From the NCBI GenBank assembly GCA_963662335.2, contig CAXXVD010000002.1:160001-224000 (forward strand): a stretch of DNA of 64,000 nt, given 5' to 3'. This document shows positions 51,662 to 64,000 of this stretch, piece by piece; positions within the stretch are counted from its first letter, which is position 1; each line of letters opens with the position of its first letter. Origin of the DNA: Chloroflexota bacterium. Its GTDB lineage: Bacteria; Chloroflexota; UBA11872; VXOZ01. The notes beneath the pieces are model-generated. The model was not told the origin of the DNA. It saw only the letters and a program-made list of their open reading frames with translations, and did not search any database. Position numbers and translations under genes: made by a program.

Positions 51662-52453
51662 GTGATCTTCGATGCCCACTGCTATCTCGGCCACAATCCT
51701 ATTTGGGAAGTCCAGGGCTTGCCCGCCACCATGCGGGGCGCGGACATGATTGGCTACATGGAGCGCGGCGGGGTAGCGCGGGCGTTGTGCGCGCCGCCGG
51801 GGGCGGGAACCGGCGACCACTTCGCCGCCGACCACGAGCGCATCGCGCAGGCGATTGCCGATTATCCAAACCGCATCTACGGCTGCGCGCGCGTCAAGCC
51901 CACGCGGGGGGCAATCGCCGTTGACGAAATGCGCCACTGGCTGCAAGAGCGCGGCTTCCGCGCGGTCAAGTTCAACACCGTCGACGCCTCCCTCGGCGGC
52001 ACGGGCACGTACCCGCTCGCCGACCGGGCGCTCATGGGGCCGGTCTTGGAAGCCATCGCGCCGCTTAACGCGCCGGTCATGATCCACACCGGCGAGGAAC
52101 ACGGCCACACCTGCACCCCGGCGCTGGTGGCCGACCTGGCCCTGGACTTCCCCCGCGTCACCTTCATCATGGCCCACGCCGGCGTGCCGGGCTTCCAGCA
52201 CGAGGTCATCCCGTTCATGCGGCGCGCGCCGAATACGGTGGCCGACCTGGCCGGCGTGCTGCGCCCCAGCATCGTGCAGAGCCTGGTGGACGGCGTCGGC
52301 GCCGAGCGCGTCCTCAACGCCACCAACGCCCCCCACATGCCCATCGAGTTCGGCCCCCAACTCATCCAACGCCACTGCCGCAAGCTCACCGCCGCGCAAA
52401 GAGAGCTTATTCTATGGGGGAATGCAATGCGATTGCTGCGCGTGGCTAGGTAG
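51662..52453 (+). CDS. Amidohydrolase_2 family metal-dependent hydrolase
   Basis: FDAHC, GFRAVK, IHTG, AHAG, ILWGNA.RLL motifs. Confidence 0.85.
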   Translation: MIFDAHCYLGHNPIWEVQGLPATMRGADMIGYMERGGVARALCAPPGAGTGDHFAADHERIAQAIADYPNRIYGCARVKPTRGAIAVDEMRHWLQERGFRAVKFNTVDASLGGTGTYPLADRALMGPVLEAIAPLNAPVMIHTGEEHGHTCTPALVADLALDFPRVTFIMAHAGVPGFQHEVIPFMRRAPNTVADLAGVLRPSIVQSLVDGVGAERVLNATNAPHMPIEFGPQLIQRHCRKLTAAQRELILWGNAMRLLRVAR

Positions 52454-54980
52454 ACGGGTGTCGCTCCAATAAAAAGAGGAGGCGACGACCGTCCACCAGT
52501 TCGACCCGGCTATTCTGCACTTCTCGCTGCGCATCCTTTGAAAACGTCCCATTGGTCACTACGACCGCGTTCGTGGCATCCGGTGTATTGCTGAGAACAC
52601 CGGCAAGTTGACGTACAACTGGTACACCAACGACACTTTCGCCCTTGGTATGCTTGCATTGGATAAGTCGCTTCTCCCGAGCCCCAATCATCTGTCGCTC
52701 TGCGACAACATCCACGCCTCCGTCACGACTATCGCGGGTCTTGTCTGCCCGATAGCCCATTCGCTGATAGAGCCGAGCAACGAGTTCCTCAAATTCATAT
52801 GGACTAAGCCCCCGGAGTCTTCGTTGGTCCCAAGTACCCGACCAAGAGAGTTGGTGTGGCGCGCTCGTGCCTCTGTCATTCCCGCGCAAGCGGGAATCCA
52901 TCTTCTCTTGGCGGGCATACTGATCCGGTAGCGGCAGATCCAATGCCTCAATCAAATCCTCCAAGGTGAGGCTCTCTTCAACCTTCTCGTGCACCTTACT
53001 AGGGTCATCCACATACGCCTGAAAGAGCGCCTTTTTCTCTTGGAGTTTCTGATATATCCATTGCTCAACAGTGTTGAGGGTGAAGAGTGATGTAAAGAAG
53101 ACATCCTTCTCTTGGTTCTTGCGGAGCGCACGTCCTAACGCTTGCTTGTGCGTAGCTGGATTCCACCAGTGATCGAAAAGAACAACATGGTTTGCTACCT
53201 GCAGGTTAAGGCCAACACCTCCAGCTTTAAGTCCCATCAACAGAACCCTGTAACGAGAGTCATGTTCAAACAGTTTCAGCAACTCCTCACGCCTTCTGGT
53301 GCTAAGCCCGCCATGGTAAGTGTCCAATACTGGGAAGTCGTTCTGCAGTCTATCCTTGAGATCCGGAAGAGAGACGTTCGGGTATTGCGAGAACACCAAT
53401 ATCTTGTCTTCAGGCGCAATCTCACGGAGGTGCTCGACCAGAAAGTCTGCCTTTGCACTGCTGCCCGTCTCCGGGTCAAAGTTACAAAGTTGCTTCAGTT
53501 TCTGAATTAGCGCAAGTAAGTGCACTCGCGCCCTATTCTCATCTACTTCACCAAGCACCCGCTGCGCCTCGGAGCGAGAAGCATCATATGCACTCCTGTA
53601 GGCTCTGCCCTGTTCGGGTGTGAGTTCCAACCACCGCTCAACCTCAACAGGCTCTGGGAGATCAAGGACGCCTATCTGCCGCCGCAGCATGACAGGTTGC
53701 ATGAGCTTCTCCTTCTGCTCAGGAGTGAGCCAGTGCTCCCAGCGGGGCAACGCGGCGACAATCGCCTTGACCTGCGCCTTCGTCAATGCGTCGACGGCGA
53801 TAAGGCGCAGAATGCTAATCAGATCATCGATTTTGGTTTCAAGAGGCGTCCCGGTTAGCGCCCAACACCGTTTACGCGGCAAACCGTGCAGCGCCCCTGT
53901 TGTCTTTGCTCCGGGGTTCTTGACTTTCGCAGCTTCATCTAAAATGACGAGGTCGAATTCCGCCAACTGCTGTACAGCCGCCAGGTCCCCTCTTAGCGTC
54001 TCATACGAAACAATCCACACGTGCGCCGGCGCATTCCACTGTTGCTGCCTCTGCACCTTAGGCCCTTCGACCACCTGAATTCGCACTTCGCGCTGCGCCC
54101 AAAGTTCCCACTCTCTTAGCCAGTTTCGAAGTAAAGACTTTGGCGCAACAACCAAGACTCGGGTAACAACTGCCTTTCGGAATAGGAGGCGCGCCGCCAC
54201 GATTGCTTGCGCAGTCTTGCCCAGACCCATTTCATCCGCTAGCAACGCGCCACGCCGCTCCACAAGGAATTGAATGCCCTGAAACTGATGCGGCATGAGC
54301 GGCTCATCGCTGGGGAGTGGGAATATGCCCTTAAGGGTCTTTGGGTCAAGCGGCGGCTGCAAGTAGAGCCACAGGAGTTCAAGCAGGTCCGCTATTGAAA
54401 CACCTCTCTCACTTTTCGGCAGTTTCTTCTGCTTGGCGGCCCGTTCACGGCGGCAGGAGTCACAGGCACCCCGTGGCAAGCCGTGCTTGCAGGCGCCAGA
54501 AGCGATGACTGCTCCCGTGGGAAGTAAGGGAGGGTGATCTTCAAGAGCATCGTCGGAGTCCGTTCTCCCGTATACTCTTGGTCTAGCGCCCAAGAGATCG
54601 GTCATGTCCCAGATGATTGGAAGTGCAAATGTAGTAACATTCAGAAGGGCTGCAAGCGCATCGCAAACTTCAACGTCCATCCCTATGTCCACGTCAAAGT
54701 GCAGCGCACTCGCTACACCGAAGTGTGCTGGAACCCTGTGGACGCTTGCGCCCGCCAAAGTCAGATCGTCGCTGCTGTTAGGCGTCACCAGCAGTGGGAA
54801 ATCTACTGCCTGCGAGGAGTGTGGCTCCAACTTTCGCGCGGTGTGGTGGGGAAAGACCGTGTAGACTTTGTCCAACGCACTGGGAGCAAGACCAGCGTCA
54901 AGCCGTTCAACCTCTCGTACCGGCGGCACTGAGAACGGCGCAGCCCGTTTAGCGGCATTGAGGCGAAGACTTCCCAACAA
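52446..54980 (-). CDS. SNF2-family helicase fused to C-terminal Mrr-like restriction endonuclease domain
   Basis: LADEMGLGKT, LDEAA, LTGTP, GGVGLNL, WWNPA...QALGRA; then LSPYEFEELVA, DGGVDV, IQCKH, VVTNG.FS. N-terminal CKH..CxxC. Confidence 0.9.
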   Translation of the reverse strand: MLGSLRLNAAKRAAPFSVPPVREVERLDAGLAPSALDKVYTVFPHHTARKLEPHSSQAVDFPLLVTPNSSDDLTLAGASVHRVPAHFGVASALHFDVDIGMDVEVCDALAALLNVTTFALPIIWDMTDLLGARPRVYGRTDSDDALEDHPPLLPTGAVIASGACKHGLPRGACDSCRRERAAKQKKLPKSERGVSIADLLELLWLYLQPPLDPKTLKGIFPLPSDEPLMPHQFQGIQFLVERRGALLADEMGLGKTAQAIVAARLLFRKAVVTRVLVVAPKSLLRNWLREWELWAQREVRIQVVEGPKVQRQQQWNAPAHVWIVSYETLRGDLAAVQQLAEFDLVILDEAAKVKNPGAKTTGALHGLPRKRCWALTGTPLETKIDDLISILRLIAVDALTKAQVKAIVAALPRWEHWLTPEQKEKLMQPVMLRRQIGVLDLPEPVEVERWLELTPEQGRAYRSAYDASRSEAQRVLGEVDENRARVHLLALIQKLKQLCNFDPETGSSAKADFLVEHLREIAPEDKILVFSQYPNVSLPDLKDRLQNDFPVLDTYHGGLSTRRREELLKLFEHDSRYRVLLMGLKAGGVGLNLQVANHVVLFDHWWNPATHKQALGRALRKNQEKDVFFTSLFTLNTVEQWIYQKLQEKKALFQAYVDDPSKVHEKVEESLTLEDLIEALDLPLPDQYARQEKMDSRLRGNDRGTSAPHQLSWSGTWDQRRLRGLSPYEFEELVARLYQRMGYRADKTRDSRDGGVDVVAERQMIGAREKRLIQCKHTKGESVVGVPVVRQLAGVLSNTPDATNAVVVTNGTFSKDAQREVQNSRVELVDGRRLLFLLERHPST

Positions 54981-54994
54981 AGCAACTCTCCCTG

Positions 54995-55543
54995 TTAGCG
55001 AAAGCGTTCGTCCTGAATCTGTAGCACGTCCACTGCATTCTTGATCCGTTGAAATGGCTCCAAGAGATCAAGGCTATCACCTAGGTGTCGAATGAATTCT
55101 GCCGCTTCACGAGCGTCTTCCGTGTATTGAGGATCAGTCTCCAGTGATACCGGTTGAGTTCGCTTCGACTCTACCGAGACGCCGGACGATTCACCGCCGA
55201 CCGAGAGTGTTTCACCGACCCGGCGGAGAAATATGACAGGGCAGTTGTCCGCATCCCGCAACTCTACGAGAAAGGGTTTGTCAACTAAGTATATCTCCGG
55301 ATTGGCTTCGACCTGGCCCAACAGCGGCCTACCGATTATGTCAATTCCAATGTGGGGTTCAAGCGAATCTCCATAGAGCACACGCTGCACCTGCGAGGGC
55401 TTCACGGGCTCCGTCACGCGGAACTCCTGCGGCACGCCCCGTTCATCCGTAATGAGCACCGCACCCAATCTCCCTCCTTCTTTGTTGATGGTGAGCAGCG
55501 TAAGAAATCCTATCGCTAGCTCTCGCCCATTCCCGTCAGCCAT
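54995..55543 (-). CDS. Conserved hypothetical protein, operonic with the SNF2-Mrr gene
   Basis: AAGGAG RBS; 14-bp gap to SNF2; motifs G.VLITD..G.P.EF..T.PVKP...Q..LYG..L and DLLEPF.RI. Confidence 0.75.
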   Translation of the reverse strand: MADGNGRELAIGFLTLLTINKEGGRLGAVLITDERGVPQEFRVTEPVKPSQVQRVLYGDSLEPHIGIDIIGRPLLGQVEANPEIYLVDKPFLVELRDADNCPVIFLRRVGETLSVGGESSGVSVESKRTQPVSLETDPQYTEDAREAAEFIRHLGDSLDLLEPFQRIKNAVDVLQIQDERFR

Positions 55544-55766
55544 CAGTATTCTCCTTTTAGACGTTCACAACTACCGTAACGGTAAAGTATTCAGGGACTG
55601 GCAAGCAAGCACACCGAATTGCTAGTTTGTCCGTCTTGCCAACTGTTCAGTTCGCAGCGTAGGGTAAAGATGGATTCCGGCTTTCGCCGGAATGACGAAC
55701 AGGCTGCAGCGAGTACCAATTGACGTAAATGACGACTTTGCCAGGATGGTTGCGGCAAGAGCAGAC

Positions 55767-57356
55767 ATGACTCCTACCTACGACGCCATCATCATCGGCG
55801 CGGGGCACAATGGGCTGGTCGCGGCCGGGTATCTTGTCCGGGCGGGGTGGAAGGTGCTGGTGCTGGAACGCAGGCCGCTTGTGGGCGGGGCGTGCGTGAC
55901 CGAGGAGGTGTTTCCCGGCTACCGGGTTTCCACGTGTTCGTATCTGGTGAGCCTGCTGCAGGAGAAGGTGGCGCGGGAGCTTGAGTTGGCGCGCTATGGG
56001 TACAAGGTATTTCCCAAGGACCCGGCGTACTTTGCGCCGTATCCGGACGGCCGCCACATGTTCATGTACCAGGACATGGCGCGCACCCAGCGGGAAATCG
56101 CGAAGTTCTCGGCGCGCGACGCGGAACGCTATCCTGATTACGAAGCGTACATCGAGCGTATCGCGACTCTCGTCGAGCCGCTCATGCTCCAGCCGCCGCC
56201 CCAATTCCCGCCGCAACGGTTGAGCGACTGGCTGGAGCCTCTGCGGGCGGGACGCGCGCTCATGGCGCTTGACACTACCCAGTTGGCCGACGCCGCCAAG
56301 CTCATGACGCGCAGCGTGCAGTCCGTGCTGGACGAGTGGTTCGAATCCGACGCGCTCAAGGTGGCGCTGGCAACCGACGGCGTGATCGGCACGAACGGCG
56401 GCCCGCGGACGCCCGGCACGGCCTACGTGCTGCTGCATCATGTGATGGGCGGCGTGGGGGGCGTGCGCGGCTTGTGGGGCTTCGCGGCCGGCGGCATGGG
56501 GGCGATTACCCAGGCGCTGGCGGCCTCGGCCCAGGCCCACGGCGCGGAGATCAAGACCGAAGCGCCGGTGGCAATGGTGCTCACGCGCGGCGGCGCCGCG
56601 ACCGGCGTGGTTTTGGAAAACGGCGACGAGTACGCCGCAAAGGTCGTCATCTCCAACGCCGACCCCAAGCGCACGTTCTTGAGTCTCGTAGAGCGCAGCG
56701 CACTGCCGGCGGAATTCGTCGCGCAGATCGAGTCGTACCAGTGCGAGGGGTCGTCGTTCAAGCTCAATCTCGCCTTGAACGAGTTGCCGGACTACACGGC
56801 CTTTCCCGGCGCGGCGCTCGGCCCGCAGCACCGGGGCACCACGCACATCTGCCCGGACCTGGACTACCTGGAGCGCGCCTGGGACGACGCCAAATACGGC
56901 ATGCCCTCGGAGCGCCCGCTGCTGGAAATCACCATTCCCACGGCCTATGACTCTTCGCTTGCGCCCCCCGGCAAGCACGTCATGGGCGTCTTTGTGCAAT
57001 ATGCGCCCTATCGCTTGCGGGAACCGCTGCGCTGGGAGGACGAAAAGGAGCGCTTCGTGCAGCGCGTCATCGACATCCTGGCGGCCTACGCCCCCAACCT
57101 GCCCGGCGCCATCGAACACGTGCACGCCCTCTCGCCGCTGGACCTGGAGCGGGAGTACGGCCTCACCGGCGGCAACATCTTCCACGGGGAACTGAGCCTG
57201 GACCAGCTCTTCTTCCTGCGCCCGGCGCTGGGTTGGGCGCGCTACGCCACGCCGCTGCGCAACCTCTACCTCTGCGGTTCGGGGACGCATCCCGGCGGCG
57301 GCGTCACCGGCGCGCCGGGGCACAATGCGGCACTGGAGATTCTACGGCAGCATTGA
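55767..57356 (+). CDS. Phytoene dehydrogenase-like FAD-dependent oxidoreductase (PYROXD2-like)
   Basis: IIGAGHNGL, LERR..VGGA, GGNIFHGE, LCGSGTHPGGGVTGAPG motifs. Confidence 0.9.
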   Translation: MTPTYDAIIIGAGHNGLVAAGYLVRAGWKVLVLERRPLVGGACVTEEVFPGYRVSTCSYLVSLLQEKVARELELARYGYKVFPKDPAYFAPYPDGRHMFMYQDMARTQREIAKFSARDAERYPDYEAYIERIATLVEPLMLQPPPQFPPQRLSDWLEPLRAGRALMALDTTQLADAAKLMTRSVQSVLDEWFESDALKVALATDGVIGTNGGPRTPGTAYVLLHHVMGGVGGVRGLWGFAAGGMGAITQALAASAQAHGAEIKTEAPVAMVLTRGGAATGVVLENGDEYAAKVVISNADPKRTFLSLVERSALPAEFVAQIESYQCEGSSFKLNLALNELPDYTAFPGAALGPQHRGTTHICPDLDYLERAWDDAKYGMPSERPLLEITIPTAYDSSLAPPGKHVMGVFVQYAPYRLREPLRWEDEKERFVQRVIDILAAYAPNLPGAIEHVHALSPLDLEREYGLTGGNIFHGELSLDQLFFLRPALGWARYATPLRNLYLCGSGTHPGGGVTGAPGHNAALEILRQH

Positions 57357-57653
57357 GCGCGTCGTCTTCCGTTCATCCTTCGACAGGCTCAAGGCGAACG
57401 GCAGGCGCCCTTCTTGCCAAGATTGAATTTGCCAAACCCCAACTGTCATTCTGCTCCTAACTGTCATTCTGAGGAGCGCAGCGACGAAGAATCTAGAGTC
57501 CGGGAGTCACGTAGATTCCTCGCTGCGCTCGGAATGACAACTGCGCTCGGAATGACAAGAATCGCTGCCTGCAAAGACTACAGGCCTCAGTCTACAAACT
57601 CCGGACGGAGCGCGTGCGGGTTGGCGGGCCTGCCGCCCTCCAGACCGGGCGGC

Positions 57654-57682
57654 TTGTTTACCCTCGCGTTAACTGCTATCAT
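57654..57682 (+). promoter_or_regulatory. Putative rpoB promoter
   Basis: TTGTTT-17 bp-TATCAT with extended -10 TGn. Confidence 0.5.
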
Positions 57683-57750
57683 ACAAGTAGTGTACCGTGG
57701 CGCAATAGTCGCTGCGGACAGTGCCCCCAGCCCAGAGAGGATTTGACACT

Positions 57751-60700
57751 ATGGCCATCAGCGGTAACGCATTGCATGATTCCGCCCGGAGCGCACCGGC
57801 TTCGTCCGGAGAACTTGAGCAGCGCAACTACGGCAAATTGCCGGAAATCTTACCGCTACCGGATCTCATCGAATTGCAGATGCGTTCGTTTCGCTGGTTC
57901 CAGACCGAAGGCCTGCGCGAGGTTTTTGCCGAGATTTCCCCGATTGAGGACTTCACCGGCAAGAACTTCGAACTGAGTTTCGAACTGCCGGAGTACCCGT
58001 TCGACCGGCCGCCCTATGACGAGAACGAGTGCCGCAAGCGCGACCTCACCTACCAGTCGCCGCTGCGCGTGCGCGCCAAACTCCTCATCAAGCAGACCGG
58101 CGAAATCAAGGAAATGACCGTCTTCATGGGCGACTTTCCGCTCATGAGCACCTCCGGCACGTTCATCTACAACGGCACCGAGCGCGTGGTCGTCAGCCAG
58201 TTGGTGCGCTCGCCCGGCGTCTACTTCACGCGCAAGGAAGACCCGTCCGGCAGCCGCTTCTTGTACAACGCCAAGCTCATTCCCAATCGCGGCGCGTGGC
58301 TGGAGTTCGAAACCAGCGCGAAGGACATCCTGACGGTGAAAGTGGACAAGCGCCGCACCATTCCGGTAACGGCGCTGCTGCGGGCGGCGGGCTACGGCAC
58401 CGACAGCGAACTCTACGAACTCTTCCAAGAAGTGGACACCAACCCGGAACATCCGTACATCGCCACCACCATCGGCGGGCAGGACGGCGCGCAGCGGCGC
58501 GACCCGTCTACCAGCCACGAAAGCGGCTTGCGCGAGGTCTACAAGCGCATCCGCCCCGGCGATCCGGTCACGCTGGACAACGCCAAGAACCTGATCGAGT
58601 CCACCTTCTTCAACAGCCGCCGCTACGACCTGGGCCGGGTGGGCCGCTACAAGCTGAACAAGCGGCTGCAGATGCCCGAGCCGCCGGAGGTGCGCACCCT
58701 CACGCCGGAAGACCTGGCCTACATCGTGCGCACGCTCATCGAACTGAACAATTCTCAAGCGCCCGACGACGACATCGACCATCTGGGCAACCGGCGGGTG
58801 CGCGCCGTGGGCGAACTCTTGCAGAACCAGTTCCGCATCGGCCTGCTGCGCATGGAGCGCGTGATCAAGGAGCGCATGACGCTGCAAGACCCGGCCACCG
58901 TGACGCCGGCGGCCCTCATCAACACCCGGCCGGTGGTCGCCGCCGTGCGCGAGTTCTTTGGCGGCAGCCAGCTTTCGCAGTTCATGGACCAGACTAACCC
59001 GCTTTCGGAGCTTGGGCACAAGCGGCGGCTCTCGGCCATGGGGCCGGGCGGCCTCTCCCGCGACCGCGCCGGCTTCGACGTGCGCGACGTGCACTACTCC
59101 CACTACGGGCGCATCTGCCCGATCGAGACGCCGGAAGGCCCGAACATCGGCCTCATCGGCAGCCTGGCCACCTACGGCCGCGTGAACGACTACGGCTTCA
59201 TCGAGACGCCGTACCGGCGCGTCGTGCAGTCGCTCACCTTCGCGGGCGACGGCGCGGACCTCATCGGCCACACCGTTTCCGCGGACGTTGCGCATGAGGA
59301 CACCGTGCTCGTGCCGGCCGGCGCCGTGATTACGAAGAAAGAGACGGCGGCCCTGAAGCGCGCCGGGCTGGCAGGAACCGAAATTGCCGTCCGTCCCTTT
59401 GCCAGCATGAGCGACGACGGCGTGGAATACCTCTCCGCGGACGAAGAAGACAAGTACATCGTCTCCCAGGCGAACGCCCGGGTGAACGCGGTTGGCGAGT
59501 TCGAGGAGGAACGGGTAGCGTGCCGCTCCGGCGGCCAATTCCTGCAAGAGACGCCCGCCAACATCAACTTCATGGACGTCTCGCCCAAGCAGATCGTCAG
59601 CGTGCCCACCTCGCTCATTCCGTTTTTGGAGCACGACGACGCCAACCGCGCCTTGATGGGCGCCAACATGCAGCGGCAGGCGGTGCCCCTGCTCACGCCG
59701 GAAGCGCCGCTGGTGGCCACCGGCATGGAGTGGAAAGCGGCGGAAGATTCCGGCCAGGTGCTCTGCGCCGCCGTGGACGGCATCGTCAGCAGCGCCACGG
59801 CCCGCGAAATCCGCCTCTTGGGCGACGACGGCGAGGAACACGTCTACCCGCTCAAGAAGTTCCAGCGGACGAACGCCGCCACCTGCTTCAACCAGCGCGC
59901 CATCGTGCGCAAGGGCGAACAGGTCAAGCAAGGGCAGCCCCTGGCCGATAGCTCCAGCACCGACAACGGGCAACTGGCGCTGGGGCAGAACGTGCTCTGC
60001 GCCTTCATGTTCTGGGAGGGCAGCAACTACGAGGACGCCATCATCATCAGCGACCGGGTGGTGCAGAACGACCTCTTTACCTCCGTGCACGTGGAGAAGT
60101 ACGAGTGCGAGGCCCGCGACACCAAGTTGGGGCCCGAGGAGATTACGCGCGACATTCCCAACGTGGCCGAAGAGGCGCTGCGCAACCTGGACGATAGCGG
60201 CGTCATCTACGTGGGCGCGGAAGTGCATCCCGACGACATCCTGGTCGGCAAGGTCACGCCCAAGGGCGAGACCGACCTGACCGGCGAGGACCGCCTGCTG
60301 CGCGCCATCTTCGGCAAGGACGCCCGCGACGTGAAAGACACCTCCAAGCGCATGCCGGCCGGCGAGCACGGCAAGATCGTGGACGTGCAGACGTTCGAGA
60401 AAGACAAAGGCGACGAACTGCCCAGCGGCGTCAACGAGATGGTGCGCGTCTCGGTGGCCTCCAAGCGCAAGCTCATGGCCGGCGACAAGATGGCCGGCCG
60501 CCACGGCAACAAGGGCGTGGTGGCGCGCATCATGGCGGTGGAGGACATGCCCCATCTGGCCGACGGCACGCCGGTGGACATCGTCCTCAGCCCGCTCGGC
60601 GCGCCCTCGCGCATGAACCTCGGCCAGATTCTGGAGGCGCACCTGGGCTGGGCCGCCAGCGAACTCGGCTTCCAGGCGGTGGTGCCGGTCTTCGATAGCG

Positions 60701-61251
60701 CCGCCGAAGCCGAAATCGAGGAAGTGCTGGAAGAGGCAGACTTGCCCAACGACGGCAAAGACGTCCTCTACGACGGCCGCAGCGGCGAACCGTTCGACCA
60801 GGAAATCACCGTGGGCTGGGTCTACATGCTCAAGCTCGCCCACCTGGTGGAGAACAAAGTCCACGCGCGCTCCACCGGCCCCTACTCGCTCATCACGCAG
60901 CAGCCCCTGGGCGGCAAGGCCCAGTTCGGCGGCCAGCGCTTTGGCGAGATGGAGGTCTGGGCGCTGGAAGCCTACGGCGCCGCCTATACCTTGCAAGAGA
61001 TGCTCACGGTCAAGTCCGACGACGTGCACGGGCGCGTCAAGACCTACGAAGCGATCGTGAAAGGGGAAGAGGTGCTCCAGCCCGGCATACCGGAGTCGTT
61101 CAAGGTGCTGGTAAAAGAACTCCAGAGCCTGGCGCTGGCGGTCGAGGTGCTGAACGAGAATGAGGAAGAGATCCACTTCCCCGACGAGAGCGAAGCGGAC
61201 GGCATGTCCGACTTGGGCATCAACCTGCAAGGCCGGGAGCATCACGAATAG
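57751..61251 (+). CDS. rpoB: DNA-directed RNA polymerase beta subunit
   Basis: [52 protein letters not shown]. Confidence 0.99.
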   Translation: MAISGNALHDSARSAPASSGELEQRNYGKLPEILPLPDLIELQMRSFRWFQTEGLREVFAEISPIEDFTGKNFELSFELPEYPFDRPPYDENECRKRDLTYQSPLRVRAKLLIKQTGEIKEMTVFMGDFPLMSTSGTFIYNGTERVVVSQLVRSPGVYFTRKEDPSGSRFLYNAKLIPNRGAWLEFETSAKDILTVKVDKRRTIPVTALLRAAGYGTDSELYELFQEVDTNPEHPYIATTIGGQDGAQRRDPSTSHESGLREVYKRIRPGDPVTLDNAKNLIESTFFNSRRYDLGRVGRYKLNKRLQMPEPPEVRTLTPEDLAYIVRTLIELNNSQAPDDDIDHLGNRRVRAVGELLQNQFRIGLLRMERVIKERMTLQDPATVTPAALINTRPVVAAVREFFGGSQLSQFMDQTNPLSELGHKRRLSAMGPGGLSRDRAGFDVRDVHYSHYGRICPIETPEGPNIGLIGSLATYGRVNDYGFIETPYRRVVQSLTFAGDGADLIGHTVSADVAHEDTVLVPAGAVITKKETAALKRAGLAGTEIAVRPFASMSDDGVEYLSADEEDKYIVSQANARVNAVGEFEEERVACRSGGQFLQETPANINFMDVSPKQIVSVPTSLIPFLEHDDANRALMGANMQRQAVPLLTPEAPLVATGMEWKAAEDSGQVLCAAVDGIVSSATAREIRLLGDDGEEHVYPLKKFQRTNAATCFNQRAIVRKGEQVKQGQPLADSSSTDNGQLALGQNVLCAFMFWEGSNYEDAIIISDRVVQNDLFTSVHVEKYECEARDTKLGPEEITRDIPNVAEEALRNLDDSGVIYVGAEVHPDDILVGKVTPKGETDLTGEDRLLRAIFGKDARDVKDTSKRMPAGEHGKIVDVQTFEKDKGDELPSGVNEMVRVSVASKRKLMAGDKMAGRHGNKGVVARIMAVEDMPHLADGTPVDIVLSPLGAPSRMNLGQILEAHLGWAASELGFQAVVPVFDSAAEAEIEEVLEEADLPNDGKDVLYDGRSGEPFDQEITVGWVYMLKLAHLVENKVHARSTGPYSLITQQPLGGKAQFGGQRFGEMEVWALEAYGAAYTLQEMLTVKSDDVHGRVKTYEAIVKGEEVLQPGIPESFKVLVKELQSLALAVEVLNENEEEIHFPDESEADGMSDLGINLQGREHHE

Positions 61252-61536
61252 CGCGGCCATCCCGCGGGCGGCAGCTACGACCATCTCTCCGTCTTTCCCG
61301 CGAAAGCGGGAATCCATCAACCTGCCGCAGCAAGCCCGCCCCGTACACGCAATCCGGTAACGCGGGGGCTCATCTCCCGCCCAATCCCGTAGCGCGGGGG
61401 CTTGTCCCCCGCTCTTCCAAGAACGACGACGAATATCGGTGCGACGACTTCTTTTGCAACCCGCCGGCGCGTATCCGGCGGGTGCCGCACAGTAGCGCAG
61501 GCGTGAAGCCTGCGGCCACAGGAGGCGCAATAGACT

Positions 61537-64000
<2,464 letters not shown>

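Overview
High-GC bacterial chromosomal segment, most likely Chloroflexota (inferred from lineage-type insertions in RpoB/RpoC and gene content). Core genes (nrnA-truB-ribF, leuC/leuD, fabG, rqcH, a Zn/Mn ABC operon, rpsO, secA, rpoB, partial rpoC) are mixed with many catabolic enzymes and orphan solute-binding proteins. The spacers are full of REP-type palindromes from about six families. One family has its likely cognate RAYT (HUH tyrosine transposase) at 8668-9165, flanked by inverted REP clusters. Most notable: (i) a lower-GC two-gene operon (uncharacterised protein + SNF2 helicase-Mrr nuclease fusion) beside a CfrBI-like R-M pair downstream of secA, a candidate defence system; (ii) REP palindromes in frame inside proteins (the SNF2-Mrr linker and a loop of RpoC); (iii) a 134-nt structured ncRNA candidate upstream of secA. 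No tRNA, rRNA or CRISPR array was seen. All calls come from motif reading, without database searches.
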